NCBI RefSeq assembly: GCF_006345805.1
Contig: NC_043022.1
Location: 6,944,001-7,008,000, forward strand
Reading direction: 5' to 3'
Length of the DNA stretch: 64,000 bases
DNA from: Octopus sinensis
Lineage: Eukaryota
Part shown: positions 26,503 to 39,653 of the stretch, in pieces
Layout: every line of letters starts with the position of its first letter
How positions within the stretch are numbered: position 1 is the first letter of the stretch
Position numbers and translations under genes: made by a program
Notes under the pieces: model-generated
What the model saw: only the letters and a program-made list of their open reading frames with translations
Database searches by the model: none
Told to the model about the DNA's origin: nothing

Positions 26503-27030
26503 ACTCTATCCAGATTACAAGTTCAAGTTTATGCCTGTAGTTATTGGGGCCCTGGGATATCTAAACACTGCCTAAATACCAATCTTGAGAAATTAGGCTT
26601 CTCAAAACCAGAAAGGAGAAAGCTAATTCGAAGAGTACAGATCCAATCCATAACTGGAACTGTAAAAATCTGTAAGACTTTCCAGAAGTTTATCATTTAA
26701 ATATATATGAGCATGTCTAGATATGCAACTATATGTATGAGAATACATATATAAGGCAAAACATACAAATATGCACACATACATACATACATACATACAT
26801 ACATACATACATACATACATACATACAAACAAATATGCACACATACATACATACATATATACATACATCCATGCATGTATCCATGCATACATACATACAT
26901 ACATACACACATATTTACAAAAATACCCTGTTGATGTTGTTGAAATTCCAGTGAAGGATTCTTGGATCTAGGTTAGAAACCAAGTCTTTCTCAATTGGCA
27001 AGAAATCTTGAACTAAAACTGAATAATGAC
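26503..27030 (+). mobile_element. 3' end of an REL-endonuclease non-LTR retrotransposon (R2 superfamily, R4/Dong-like)
   Basis: PDYKFKFMPVVIGALGY..LEKLGFSKPERRKLIRRVQIQSITGTVKICKTFQKF matches the REL C-terminal signature; embedded in (CA)/(CATA)n. Confidence 0.7.
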
Positions 27031-27095
27031 ATACATTCATACATGCATATATACATACACACACACAGAAATATATACACACACTTATATATAAA

Positions 27096-27909
27096 CTAGC
27101 AGTATCGCCCGGCGTTGCACGGGTTTGTAAGGGAAATAACTACATAAGCATTTTTAGAGAGTTATAGCCAAAAAATAGCAAACAAATGCATTAAAAATGG
27201 AAAAAAAATTATGGTAAATTTTTTTTAAAATCGTAGACTCATTGTAGACGCGTGCTAATACACAGAAGGGCTCGATATGAATCATGACTATAAGATACAC
27301 AGTTTTGGTTAAACTGCACCGCAAAATGTGGGAGTAGTTAGGAATCTAAATCGGAGTAGACAGACACACAAACTTCACTTTATATATAAACTAGGCAGTA
27401 TCGCCCGGCATTGCTCAGGTTTGTAAGGGAAATAACTATATAACATCATTTTAGAGAGTTACTTCCCTTATAGATGCCAATTCGGGCTTCTTAGCCATTT
27501 CTGTTTTGGTGTCTTCAAGCCATGAAGTCGTTGTTCTAAAAGAACGCTGGTCTCCTTGACACGCTTTAACGACGTTGATTTCCTTAAACTCCCTTCCCCA
27601 CAGCTTCACGAGGGAGGGAAGAAGGGGAGAAGCAAACACAGTGCAGGTGTTGACCATGGACGCCAACTCCGCCGCCATCGACACACGAAAAATTAATGCA
27701 TTAAAATGGAATAAAAAATGATGTTAAATTATTTTTAAATCGTAGACACATCGTAGACGCGCGCTAATAGCCAGACGGGCTCGATATGAATCACGACTAT
27801 AAGATACCCGAATTTGGTTAAACTGCACCGCAAAATGTGGGAGGAGTTAGGAATCTAAATCGGAGGGGACAGACACTCACACACACAACTTCACTTTTAT
27901 ATATAAAGA
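27096..27909 (-). mobile_element. Head-to-tail Helitron dimer (27096-27390 and 27391-27909)
   Basis: Two CTAG+hairpin ends and a single TC start at 27909; the second unit carries a ~215 bp insert. Confidence 0.85.
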
Positions 27910-28689
27910 TATATGAATAATAGGAAATGGAATGAATGATATTCTTTATTCAGAATCACTGCAATTGTTTCGACACATCTTTACCCCTTTAATACATTAA
28001 TGAGATGTTATGTAATCACTATTATAACATTCAAGGTATAAAATGCATTTCCTCAGGTGTTTGTTTAAATAAGTCCTTCATTAGATCTTATTCTCATTTC
28101 ACTTGGTTTCAGAATGAATACACAATGCTGTGTGCTGTCTTCTGAATGTTGCAGAAAATAGCACACTTCTTTGTGGATTTGTTGTTGTACAGAGTGAAAT
28201 ACCTGTAGTATCTAATGAAGGAGTTCTTCAAAATAATCACCTGCTCTCTCCCTCTGACTGGGTAACCATGTACCTCCTCTACAACAAGACACCTCTTTCT
28301 GTCTCTCACTCTCTTTCTCTAATTTTTCATCATCTGACACAAGATCCCCTCCTCCATGGCCTCCTCTCCTCTCAAAGGATCTTTGTCTTGCAAGTTACTT
28401 GGTGACCCCTGCCAGTGTTGGTACCACATAAAAAGCACCCAGTCAACACTATAAAGTGGTTGGCATTTGGAAGGGCATCCAGCTGTAAAAACCTTGTCAA
28501 AACTGACCTTGCTTGTGCTGGTGCCAGGTAAAGAGCACTCAGTCCACTCTGCTGGGATGATTGGTATTTAAGAAGGGCACGTAGCCATAAAAACCTTGCT
28601 GAAACAGATATTGAAGCTGGGTGCAGTATTCTACCTGGCCAGCTCCATGTTGAACTGCCAAACCCATGCCAGCAGAGTAAACAGACGTT

Positions 28690-28915
28690 AACCCTTTAGC
28701 ATTCAGATTACTCTGTCAAATGTAAAGCCTGTTTAATCACATTGTTTTAAATTAGTTGTCCAGCACCTTGTAACTCTGAGATTTTGGTGATGTCCCTGTT
28801 TATTTCTAGAATGACTTTGTAGGGTAGGTGTGAGAGGTCAGAGCTGGCTAGTTTGAGCATAAAACAGGAAGACAATTTTGGCCTGATGTGGCCGGTTTAA
28901 ACACTAAAGGGTTAA
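28690..28915 (+). mobile_element. piggyBac-like MITE, intact
   Basis: TTAA-CCCTTTAG ... CTAAAGGG-TTAA. Confidence 0.8.
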
Positions 28916-29664
28916 ATGATGATGATGAGGATGATGATGATACATATGTGGCTATATGAGTGTAGGAATACATTCTCTGGGGTCGTCTCAGATTTACCAT
29001 TGTTAGTCTAGAAGCGGCATTGTTGTCACCGAGCCGAAGTGTCTTGTGTGAAGTCAACAACTAAAGATAGAAATAAATTAAGTCAGAAAGACTCATTAGA
29101 TTTTTATAAGTTATGTAAACGAACCATTAAATATATTGGAAGATTAAAGGATTTTAAAGTTTTATGAATAAATAATTGCTTTCGCTAATTAAAAGATGTA
29201 ATGATTTTTTTAAATATTTAATATATTTAAGAAGTTAATCTAGGAGTGAAGAAAAGAAGATAAGGGGATTAACAGAGGTGGAGAAGGAGAGGAAGAGACT
29301 AGAAAATGTTAAAGGAAGGGGCAAGGTAGGGGAGAGAGATGTCTAAAATTGGTAACAAAAAAAAATCCTGTAAATTTGAGAAAATGTCAATAGAAATCTG
29401 ATTAAATTGGGTGGTTGATATATATGTGTGTGTGTGTGGGGGGGAGCATTCTGTGGTCATTTCTGAAAAAAACTAATTAATGCATTGTATAAATTAATTA
29501 TTTGATAATAATTATAATAAAGGAAAAATTTTATTTGAAGATATTTTTAAAAAGAACAAAAGGAAAACAAATAAAAAGTTGAAATGAAAAATTAAGTAAT
29601 TAAATATTATATATAAATGCATGCATGTATGTATGTTTGTATATATGTATGTTTGTATATTACT

Positions 29665-30320
29665 ATTGAGTGAAAGAGCAGTGCATGCCATCAAAGTGAC
29701 ACTGGGGTAAAATATACAAAGCCCAGTATACCCATCATGACTACCCGTCTGATAAGGGTACACCAGGCACATGCACAAGTGAGAGAGCAGTGCATGCCAT
29801 CAAAGTGACACTGGGGTAAAATATACAAAGCCCAGTATACCCATCATGATTACTCAACTGATAAGGGTACACCAGGCACATGCATCACAACCATATGTGC
29901 GTAACATGGTGATCTCATATCAAGATAAACAGCGCATGACCTTGAAGGTGGGGCCCAGTTAGAATTTTCTTCAGGTCAAGTAGCCCATCCTGCTCAATAG
30001 TCCTCGAATAAGAGTTATTTAAGGATAATGAATGAAACACCCGTGTTTCCAGAGGTGAATTCTTCAAACCTCTAAAGAATCCCTCTCAACACACGGCTAT
30101 GATGCTCCTCCACTACTTCTGCTCATGATCAGAGATGCACATATCGTCAGCCATGAAGGGACATGCTCGACTGGTTAAGGTCAAATAATTGACAAGCAAA
30201 TCTGTGGTATTGAGCAGAATATTTGCTGTCGCCCATCTTTTATACCAAGACAAATCGTGTACATGATAACACTTCCAATCAGTTAAGATCAGAAACCATG
30301 AGAGCCACTGTTTGGTACTG
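29665..30320. mobile_element. Second copy of the unclassified repeat at 20010
   Basis: Direct sequence match. Confidence 0.75.
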
Positions 30321-30445
30321 CATGCATGCATGTATGTATATATGTATGTATAGCCCAATATATTTGGTAGGGTGCACTCTGGATAAGGGCTTAGCTGGCT
30401 GGAACTTCAAAGTCACTCTCAACTCTTTTCTTGTTGAAAAATAAT

Positions 30446-30509
<64 letters not shown>

Positions 30510-30611
30510 GCACACACACACACAAGCACACGCACACACACACACAAGCACACACACACACACGTGCACGCACACACACACACACACAAGCACACACACA
30601 CACACACAACA

Positions 30612-31465
30612 TACACAGAGGGTGTGATGGGTAAAGTGTTGCGATTTTATACTTCTAATTTTGTTGCATATGCATTGTTTGTTTTTGATTTTGTCAACTA
30701 CACAGTATAGTAGGGTCAGTTGGGCACCATCTGTGAGAAAAACAGCACCAAGACACAATTCACTCTGCCAGAAATTTGGAAATGACATGCTGTACTGCTT
30801 GGCATTCACACTGGGAGCTCCAGTATAACCATTTCAGAGTATTTGCGTGTTGTCTGCGGACAGTGAAGAGGATTTGGGAAGAGTTGGATGAGTCTAATGG
30901 TGATTACGAAGGTACAGCAGCTCAGGAAACTCACTCTGATCATTCTGATAAGAAAAGAACTCTCAAAGTTGTTGGTGAGATTTAGGCCATGATTGACAAC
31001 GATCCCTCCAAATCAATCATGTCCATCGCCAGGGACATGGGAGTGTCTGAGTTCCTTATCAGGCAGGCAGTGCATGAAGACATTCAGTATTCCTCATACA
31101 AGATGAGAAAGGGCCAATTTTTATCCCAAGCCATAAGGGACAAGAGAAAAGAGCATGCCACAAAGCTTTTGAACAAACTCAAGTATCCCCTCCAACCGAA
31201 CATGTTTTGGTTTTTCTCAGACGAGAAAAATTTCTGCCAGGATCAGATGGTGAAAACACAGAACAACCATTGATTTTTGCCATGTCCCCAAACTTGCACT
31301 GAGAGTGATAAAGATCAAACATCCAGTCAACATCATGTTGTTTGGAGTGATCACTAGTGATGGTGATGTTATGCCTCCATTCATCTTCCCACATAGCCTC
31401 AGACGCAACTCAGAGGTCTACATCAAGTGCTTGAAGGAGGTAGTGCTGCTTTGGGTCAAGAAGGT
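30612..31465 (+). mobile_element. Degenerate Tc1/mariner transposase (maT/DD37D-like), 3'-truncated
   Basis: HTH region SIARDMGVSEFLIRQAV, FSDEK first-Asp motif and MLFGVITSDG..PPFIF; stops and frameshifts. Confidence 0.85.
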
Positions 31466-31487
31466 GACATTCTGTGATGTCAATGAC

Positions 31488-31960
31488 ATTCTCTTCCTTG
31501 TGTCCCCCTTTCCCTTTCTTGTGTCCTCCTCTTCTCTTCCTTGTGTCCTCCTCTTCTCTTCCTTGTGTCCCCCTCTCCCTTGTGTCCCCCTCTTCTCTTC
31601 CTTGTGTCTCCCTCTCCCTTGTGTCCCCTTCTTCTCTTCCTTGTGTCCCCCTCTTCTCTTCCCAGTGTCCTCCTCTTCTCTTCCTTGTGTCCCCCTCTTC
31701 TCTTCCTTGTGTCCCCCTCTTCTCTTCCTTGTGTCCCCTTTTCCCTTTCGTGTGTCCTCCTCTTCTCTGCCTTGTGTCCCCCTCTTCTCTCCCTTATGTC
31801 CCCCTCTTCTCTGCCTTGTGTCCCCCTCTTCTCTTTCTTGTGTCCTCCTCTTCTCTTCCTTGTGTCCCCCTCTCCCTTCCTTGTGTCCTCCCCTTCTCTT
31901 CCTTGTGTCCCCCTCTTCCCTTCCTCTTCTCCCCCTCTTTCTCTCTAGTCTTGTCTTGTC
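31488..31960. repeat. Pyrimidine-rich minisatellite, core CCTTGTGTCCCCCTCTTCTCTT
   Basis: Tandem units; the same unit occurs at 36070-36400. Confidence 0.9.
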
Positions 31961-32035
31961 TGTTCCATCTTCTCTTTCTCATATATCTTTATATTAATAA
32001 ATACATATGTCTGTGTACGTTTTCATTTCTTTCAG

Positions 32036-32206
32036 AACTGCTACCTGGAATCGAATCCTTCTTCACTGAAATTCTTGCTCAAGAAAACCTGTCCGATGCT
32101 GCTGAATCTCGCTGCAAGTATTATGTTGAACGACTAGAAATATTGAAATTGCCACCAACCATTCCTCCAAGACCACGACAAGAAAATCCTCAGGAACCTA
32201 ACAAAG
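32036..32206 (+). CDS. SKAP2: SKAP1/SKAP2-like adaptor, exon encoding the N-terminal dimerisation helix
   Basis: TTTCATTTCTTTCAG acceptor and G|GTAGAC donor; 171 nt, phase 1-1. LLPGIESFFTEILAQENLSDAAESRC aligns by eye with human SKAP2 LLADVETFVADILKGENLSKKAKEKR. Confidence 0.7.
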
Positions 32207-32404
32207 GTAGACCTTTATATTTTGTAAATCTCAGTTTTGCTTCTTCAAGTTGCACTTAGGCGCACATGTGTGTGTGTATACACACACACACACACACACA
32301 GAGGTTTTACATATAAACGCACAATCATACCTAGACACACACATTCGCACTTAAACGCATATATACACACATAGACATTCATATACATACACAAACTTTG
32401 ATGT

Positions 32405-32417
32405 GCCTGCATGCATA

Positions 32418-32496
<79 letters not shown>

Positions 32497-33158
32497 GTAT
32501 GTATGTATGTATGTATATATGTATGGTATGTATATATGTATGTATATATATATGTATGTATGTATATATATGTATGTATGTATATATATATGTATGTATG
32601 TATATATATATGTATGTATGTATATATATAGTATGTATGTATATATGTATGATATATACATATGTATGTATGTATATATATATTGTATGTATGTATATAT
32701 ATAATTATATATATATATGTATGTATGTATATATATGTATGTATGTATATATATATATGTATGTATATATATATGTATGTATATATATATGTATGTATGT
32801 ATATATGTATGTATGTATGTATATATATATGTATGTATGTATATATATATGTATGTATGTATATATAAATGTATGTATGTATATATATATGTATGTATGT
32901 ATATATGTATGTATGTATGTATATATGTATGTATTACATATATATGTATGTATATATATATATATAAATGTATTTATGTATGTATATATATATGTATATG
33001 TATGTATGTATGTATATATATATATGTATGTGTATATATATAGATGTATGTATATATATATATGTATGTATATATAATATATTATGTATGTATATATATA
33101 TATGTATGTATGTATTATATATATGTATGTATGTATATATATATATATAGTATTTATG

Positions 33159-33219
<61 letters not shown>

Positions 33220-33331
33220 ATATATATATAATTATGTATGTATATTATATATATATGTAGGTAATTTATATATATATATATTATGTATGATATATATATA
33301 TATGTATGTAGTATATAATTATATATGTATG

Positions 33332-33400
<69 letters not shown>

Positions 33401-33405
33401 ATGTA
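32405..33405. repeat. ~1 kb compound (TA)n/(TATG)n microsatellite
   Basis: Read directly. Confidence 0.95.
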
Positions 33406-33666
33406 TATATAGATACAATATTTTGGAAATGGATGTTACTATCTCCAACTGAAGATTGCAAAGCATGTTTTCTCATGCTCAGCATGAAATCAATTGATAT
33501 TGGGGCAAAACTCTATCTTCAAACTCCATCCTGAAGGTGGACCTATTTTTGAAGTGTTCATTGCATTGCTTGTGTGTGTATTTATCGTAGGATTGGTGGT
33601 TTTTGAAGCTTTCACTTTCATCTTTGGCAAGCGGTATATATATATATATATATATGTACTTTGGTG

Positions 33667-33708
<42 letters not shown>

Positions 33709-33729
33709 TATATAATATATATATATACC

Positions 33730-33880
33730 GGAGTAACACATATATACCGGAGTGAAACAAGGTGGAAAAAAGAGTACTCAAATACCAGGGGTAGAGTAAT
33801 ATGCTTTATTTAAAAGCACAGAAATTCAACAAAACCTGTTACTCTGAGTTTCACGTTCCTGTTCGTCGGACGTTTTTGTT
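33730..33880 (-). mobile_element. Penelope-like terminal (pLTR) fragment with a hammerhead-like motif at 33828-33880
   Basis: Minus strand reads CCGACGA-AC(A)GGAA(C)GT-GAAA-CTCAGAG-TA; flanked by (TA)n. Confidence 0.55.
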
Positions 33881-33900
33881 AGAATATATATAGATATATA

Positions 33901-33937
<37 letters not shown>

Positions 33938-33939
<2 letters not shown>

Positions 33940-34330
33940 CGCAGGAGTGGCTGTGTGGTAAGTAGCTTGCTAACTAACGACATGGTTCCAGGTTCAGTCC
34001 CACTGCGTGGCATCTTGGGCAAGTGTCTTCTGCTATAGCCCCGGGCTGACCAATGCCTTGTGAGTGGATTTGGTAGACGGAAAATGAAAGAAGCCTGTTG
34101 TATATATGTATATGTATATATGTGTGTGTGTATATGTTTGTGTGTCTGTCTTGACAACCGATGCTAGTGTGTTTACGTCCCCGTCACTTAGCGGTTTGGC
34201 AAAAGAGACCAATAGAATAAGTATTGGGCTAACAAAGAATAAGTCCCGGGGTCGATTTGCTCGACTAAAGGCGATGCTCCAGCATGGCCGCAGTCAAATG
34301 ACTGAAACAAGTAAAAGAGTAAAAAAAAAG
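33938..34330 (+). mobile_element. SINE family A
   Basis: Full head GGCGCAGGAGTGGCTGTGTGG; GAGTAAAA tail. Confidence 0.92.
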
Positions 34331-34631
34331 AGAGATATATTGCCTGCATACATGTGTGGTAAGAAGTTTGCTTTCCAACCACATGGTTCCGGGTTCAGTC
34401 CCACTGCATGGCACCTTGAGCAAGTGTCTTCTATCATAGCCTTGGGCCGACCAAAGCCTTGTGAGTGGATTTGGTAGATGGAAACTGAAAGAAGCCTCAT
34501 GTCTATTTATGCGCATGTGTCCTTGTGCCTGTGTTTGGTAAATCTCAAAGTGACTTTTACTGGGATTTTCTGGCAAAGAAAGGGACCAGCTGTAAGTGGA
34601 ACGATAAAAATATGCAAGAATTGTTTGAAGA

Positions 34632-35102
34632 TAGGCACAGGAGTGGCTGTGTGGTAAGTAGCTTGCTAACCATAGGCGCAGGAGTGGCTGTGTGGTAAGT
34701 AGCTTGCTAACCAACCACATGATTCCGGGTTCAGTCCCACTGCGTGGCATCTTGGGCAAGTGTCTTCTGCTATAGCCCCGGGCCGACCAATGCCTTGTGA
34801 GTGGATTTGGTAGACAGAAACTGAAAGAAGCCTGTCTATATATCTATATCTATATATAGTTATATATATATATATTATATATATATGTGTGTATGTTTGT
34901 GTGTCTGTGTTTGCCCCCTAGCATTGCTTGACAACCGATGCTGGTGTGTTTCGTACGTCCCGTTACTTAGCGGTTCGGCAAAAGAGACCGATAGAATAAG
35001 TACTGGGCTTACCAAGAATAAGTCCCGGGGTCGATTAGCTCGACTAAAGGCGGTGCTCCAGCATGGCCGCAGTCAAATGACTGAAACAAGTAAAGAGAGT
35101 AA
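34632..35102 (+). mobile_element. SINE family A with duplicated head
   Basis: GGC(A/G)CAGGAGTGGCTGTGTGGTAAGTAGCTTGCTAACCA occurs twice in tandem. Confidence 0.9.
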
Positions 35103-35600
35103 GTTCACTGATGCCGTTGTTGTTTAGATTCTGGGCTAAAAACCAGCTTCTTTGTAGTAAGTGTTTGAACACTTAAACAAGGCAGTGTAAATAGGTGTGT
35201 CCCCCACATACAAATATATTGGTGACTGTGTCCTACAACTCAAGTGCTGCTTAAGGACAATATCTCTGGTTTATAACCAGTCACTGCTCTCCAAAATGTC
35301 ATTCCAACTATTTATTGCTTTCGTATGTGACATAATGTTCTTACAAAAATAATACACAATGCCATCTTATATGAAAGGCTGCTCCCCTGCCACCCTATCT
35401 GAACAAGGTATTGTGTGAGCCTCTATGTGGTCGTTCAATCTGCTAGAAATAGCTGCCAAACTTCTTTTAAATCTTCTCTTAAGCAAGTTCACATCTGGTG
35501 GACCATCTGACAGTCATGGTGATTAACATTGAGATGTTTGATCAGCTAAATTAACTCTCATGAAGTTAATGTGTAAGCGGTTGAGTACACCACAGAGGTG

Positions 35601-35826
35601 GCCAGCTGGCAGAAACGTTAGCGCGCCGGGCGAAATGCTTAGCGGTATTTCGTCTGCCGCTACGTTGTGAGTTCAAATTCCGCCGAGGTCGACTTTGCCT
35701 TTCATCCTTTCGGGGTCGATTAAATAAGTACCAGTTATGCACTGGGGTCGATATAATCGACTTAATACCTATGTCTGTCCTTGTTTGTCCTCTCTGTGTT
35801 TAGCCCCTTGTGGGTAGTAAAGAAAT
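35601..35826 (+). mobile_element. SINE family B with 18-bp TSD
   Basis: GGTTGAGTACACCACAGA on both sides. Confidence 0.92.
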
Positions 35827-36069
35827 AGGTTGAGTACACCACAGACTTATTTCAGTTACTAGACTGCAGCTGGGGCACCATCTCGAAGAATTTTAATATA
35901 TATCTTTGGAGACTGGTCCTTCTACTTTCAGTCTCTTTTGCCAAACCACTAAATTACAGGGACATAAACACACCAACATCAGTTGTCATGTGGTGGTGGA
36001 GGACTAACACAGACACATACATACGATGGGCTTCTTTCAGTTTCCGTCTACCAAATCCACTGACAAGGC

Positions 36070-36400
36070 TCCTCTTCTCTTTCTTGTGTCCCCTCTCCCT
36101 TGTGTTCCCCTCTTCTCTTACTTGTGTCCCCCTCTCCCTTGTGTCCTCCTCTTCTCTTCCTTGTGTCCCCCTCTTCTCTTCCTTGTGTCCCCCTCTCCCT
36201 TGTGTCCCCCTCTTCTCTTCCTTGTGTCCCCTTCTTCTCTTCCTTGTGTCCCTCTCTTCTCTTTCTTGTGTCCTCCCCTTCTCTTCCTTGTGTCCGCCTC
36301 TTCTCTTTCCTGTGTCCCCTCTTCTCTTCCTTGTGTCCCCCTCTCCCTTGTGTCCCCCTCTTCTCTTTCTTGTGTTCCCTCTCCCTTTCTTGTGTCCTCC
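36070..36400. repeat. Pyrimidine-rich minisatellite inside a minus-strand SINE A
   Basis: Same unit as 31488-31960; interrupts the SINE between ACAAGGCT and GGGCTGTGGTAGAAGAC. Confidence 0.9.
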
Positions 36401-36904
36401 TCAGGGCTGTGGTAGAAGACTCATGCCCAAGATGCTACACTGTGGCACTGAATCCAAAACCATATGATTGGTCAGCAAGCTTTTTGTACGTTTAATGTAA
36501 TTCTCAGCTAGAATTAGTGTGATGAGGAGGACAAATGTTTGAATTACAGAGATGGGGGTGGAGGGAGGGAGGGAGAGTAGAATCGACTCCCCCACCCCAC
36601 TTGATCATAGTTCTACTTAATCAGGACTGACCTTGGGCTACACAACAACAGTCCACACTATATGTGTTGATGAGGATACCTCTACTGAATCAGTTGAACT
36701 GCTAGAAGCTGTAGCCAAATAACCCTCATGTTATACTCTGTGGTCTTAAAAACTGGAAGGGCAAGTTTGAGCCTGTAGGCCTGCACACACAATACAAATG
36801 AGGTGGTCATTGTTGGGATGTGTTGATCTTGGGTCCTGTTGACCAGGGCTGACCTGGGGTTAAGCAATCCTACCACTACATCATGTAACAAACCACACCA
36901 TCCT

Positions 36905-37150
36905 ATTTCTTTATTACCCACAAGGGGCTAAACATAGAGGGGACAAACAAGGACAGACATAGGTATTAAGTCGATTACATCGACCCCAGTGCGTAACTGG
37001 TACTTAATTTATCGACCCTGAAAGGATGAAAGGCAAAGTTGACCTCGGCGGAATTTGAACTCACAACGTAGCGGCAGACGAAATACCGCTAAGCATTTCG
37101 TCCGGCGCGCTAACGTTTCTGCCAGCGCTAACGTCCGGTGCGCTAACGTT
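36905..37150 (-). mobile_element. SINE family B, long-tail variant
   Basis: Reverse complement of the 35601 type; head segment partly duplicated. Confidence 0.85.
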
Positions 37151-37734
37151 TCCACCACCACCACCACCACCACCACCCCCAAAATTACCACTGCCACCAC
37201 CACCACCTCATCTAAAACATCTGTTATTTACGAAGCTATTTTCCTGTTTATCACTGACAAGTCTGGGATAAACAGTTTTTCACTGACTTTCAATGCCTTT
37301 TGTATGTGTGTGTGTGTGTGTGTGTGCTTGTTGGTGTGTGTGCTTGTTGGTGTGTGTGCATATGACTGCAGGCATGGCTGTGTGAGTATGTAGGAGTGTA
37401 TATGTGATCCTGTGCAGCATGTGGGTACAAGGAAGGGTGTATATGTGTACCCATGCATAAATACTTGTGTTTGGTGTATACGGATGTTTGTATGTGTGAG
37501 TGTATAGGGAACGAGTGTATGTGTCTACGTTTGTAGATGCATTTGTGGAAGGGGTATATGTATATATGTATATATATATGTATGTATATATGTATATATA
37601 TATGTATGTATATATGTATATATATATGTATGTATATATGTATATATATATGTATATATATATGTATATATATATGTATGTATATATGTATATATATATG
37701 TATGTATATATGTATATATATATGTATATGTATG

Positions 37735-37769
<35 letters not shown>

Positions 37770-37782
37770 TTGTATATGTATG

Positions 37783-37821
<39 letters not shown>

Positions 37822-38577
37822 TTGTATATGTGAATATGAAGATGTACATTCGTTCATTTCTGTGTGTGTGTGTGTGTCTAGTGGTGTGTTTTATATTTGT
37901 GTGTGTGTGTGTGTGACTGTGTCGTTTTGTCTGTGTGTCTCCGTGTCTCTATATCAATGTATTTGGGGAAACCCAACTCATCAATTTATATTCTTGATTT
38001 GCTGTTTATTAATTATTGTAATCATATCTGTTTCTGCTCGTTATAGTTAGGTTAATTGCATCTAAATTTGGCAGCAGTGTTGAACGACCAAGGCGCCGTC
38101 GTCATGGTAAGAAATGCGGGGACACAAATCCCTTGGATGACTTTCATCCTTAAAAATGCCTTTGTAACCCTGCTAAATAAAACTAACAATACAAATGGTA
38201 GCTGCTAATACTGTTTCAGCTGTAGGTAATGACTGGTATATTGGTATAAGGACTTTGCTAATAATATTCTAACTGTGGATAATAACTGGTATATTGGTAT
38301 AATATACCACTCATTATCTGGTTGTTGCTAATTATGCTTTCACTGTAAATAATTGCTGTTTTATTGCTGTATCATGTACTATTTATGTTCTAAATGATGA
38401 TAATAATAATAATAATCCTTCCTACTGGAAGCAGAAGGCCTCAAATTTGGGGAAAGAGATTAAGTTGCTTACATCGACCTCAGTGCGTAACTGGTACCTA
38501 TTTAATCGACCCTGAAAGGATGAAAGGCAAAGTTGACCTCGACGGAATTTCAACTTGGAATTTAACAATAATATTAA

Positions 38578-38622
<45 letters not shown>

Positions 38623-38742
38623 GTACCAGTGAAACACTGGGGTTGATGTAAACAATTGGCCCCTCCCCAAAAATGTCAGGTCTTGTGTCTATGTTAGAAA
38701 GGAATATTATTATTATTATTATTATTATTATTGTTATTATTA

Positions 38743-38793
<51 letters not shown>

Positions 38794-39653
38794 TATTTTA
38801 TTACTACTACTACTAAGGTGACAAGCTGGCAGAATCAGTAGCATGCCAGACAAAAATGCTTAGCACCATTTCTTCCAGCTCTTCACATTCTGAGTTCAAA
38901 TTCTCTCAAGGCTGATTTTTGCCCTTTATCTTTTTGGGGTCAATAATATAAGTACCAGTCGAGCACTACTGGGGTCAATATAATTGACTTGACTGTCCCC
39001 TCAAAATTGCTGGCCTAGGCATGCAAGCGCTGCCAGGCAAATGTATCTGAGATGTGCACAGACTCACAGAGCCGTTCTGCATGCACCCTGGCTGTGTCCG
39101 AGTATTGCTGACTTGTGGGGTCATGTCAAACAGCTGTTATCTCGTGGGGGAGGAATCTGACCGTTGGCTGAATCCATCTTGATGATTGCCCCACCACCCA
39201 CCTTTAACAAAACAGGGCAGATGGTGTTTCCCTGTCTACTGGTGAAAGAGGCTGTGCTGGACGAGGCTGAAAGGATCAAGGAGAGACAGTTTCCTCTTCA
39301 GTCAAGCTCTCATCAAATTTTTTTAAAGTTCTTTTTGGAAAGGCAAGTGAGGGTGGAGAGGCAAGTGCTACCTCCCAGTAAATTTGGGATAAGACGGATG
39401 ACAGTGGCAATAATAATTAGAATCAATGGCCCTTCTCCAAGTATGTGGCTGTCAATTGGAGAGCAGGAGAGAGGGCTCATACCTTTGGTTGCCAAGGTAA
39501 TCGAGGATCTTGATTGGCCCCAGTTGGGAGTTCCTCTTATATCAGGAGAACTGCATCCTTCATGTTATCACATGCTTTCGTATATCATGTACACTTGTAT
39601 CGCATTTCCCTGTCTTTTCCATTTTTTCTCTCCATCCATTTTTTCTCTCCATA

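Noticed and set aside
38085-38115. Alternative first exon ending ATG|GTAAGA
   Set aside because: Phase 0 splicing to the downstream phase-1 exons gives a premature stop in exon 50409; no other support.
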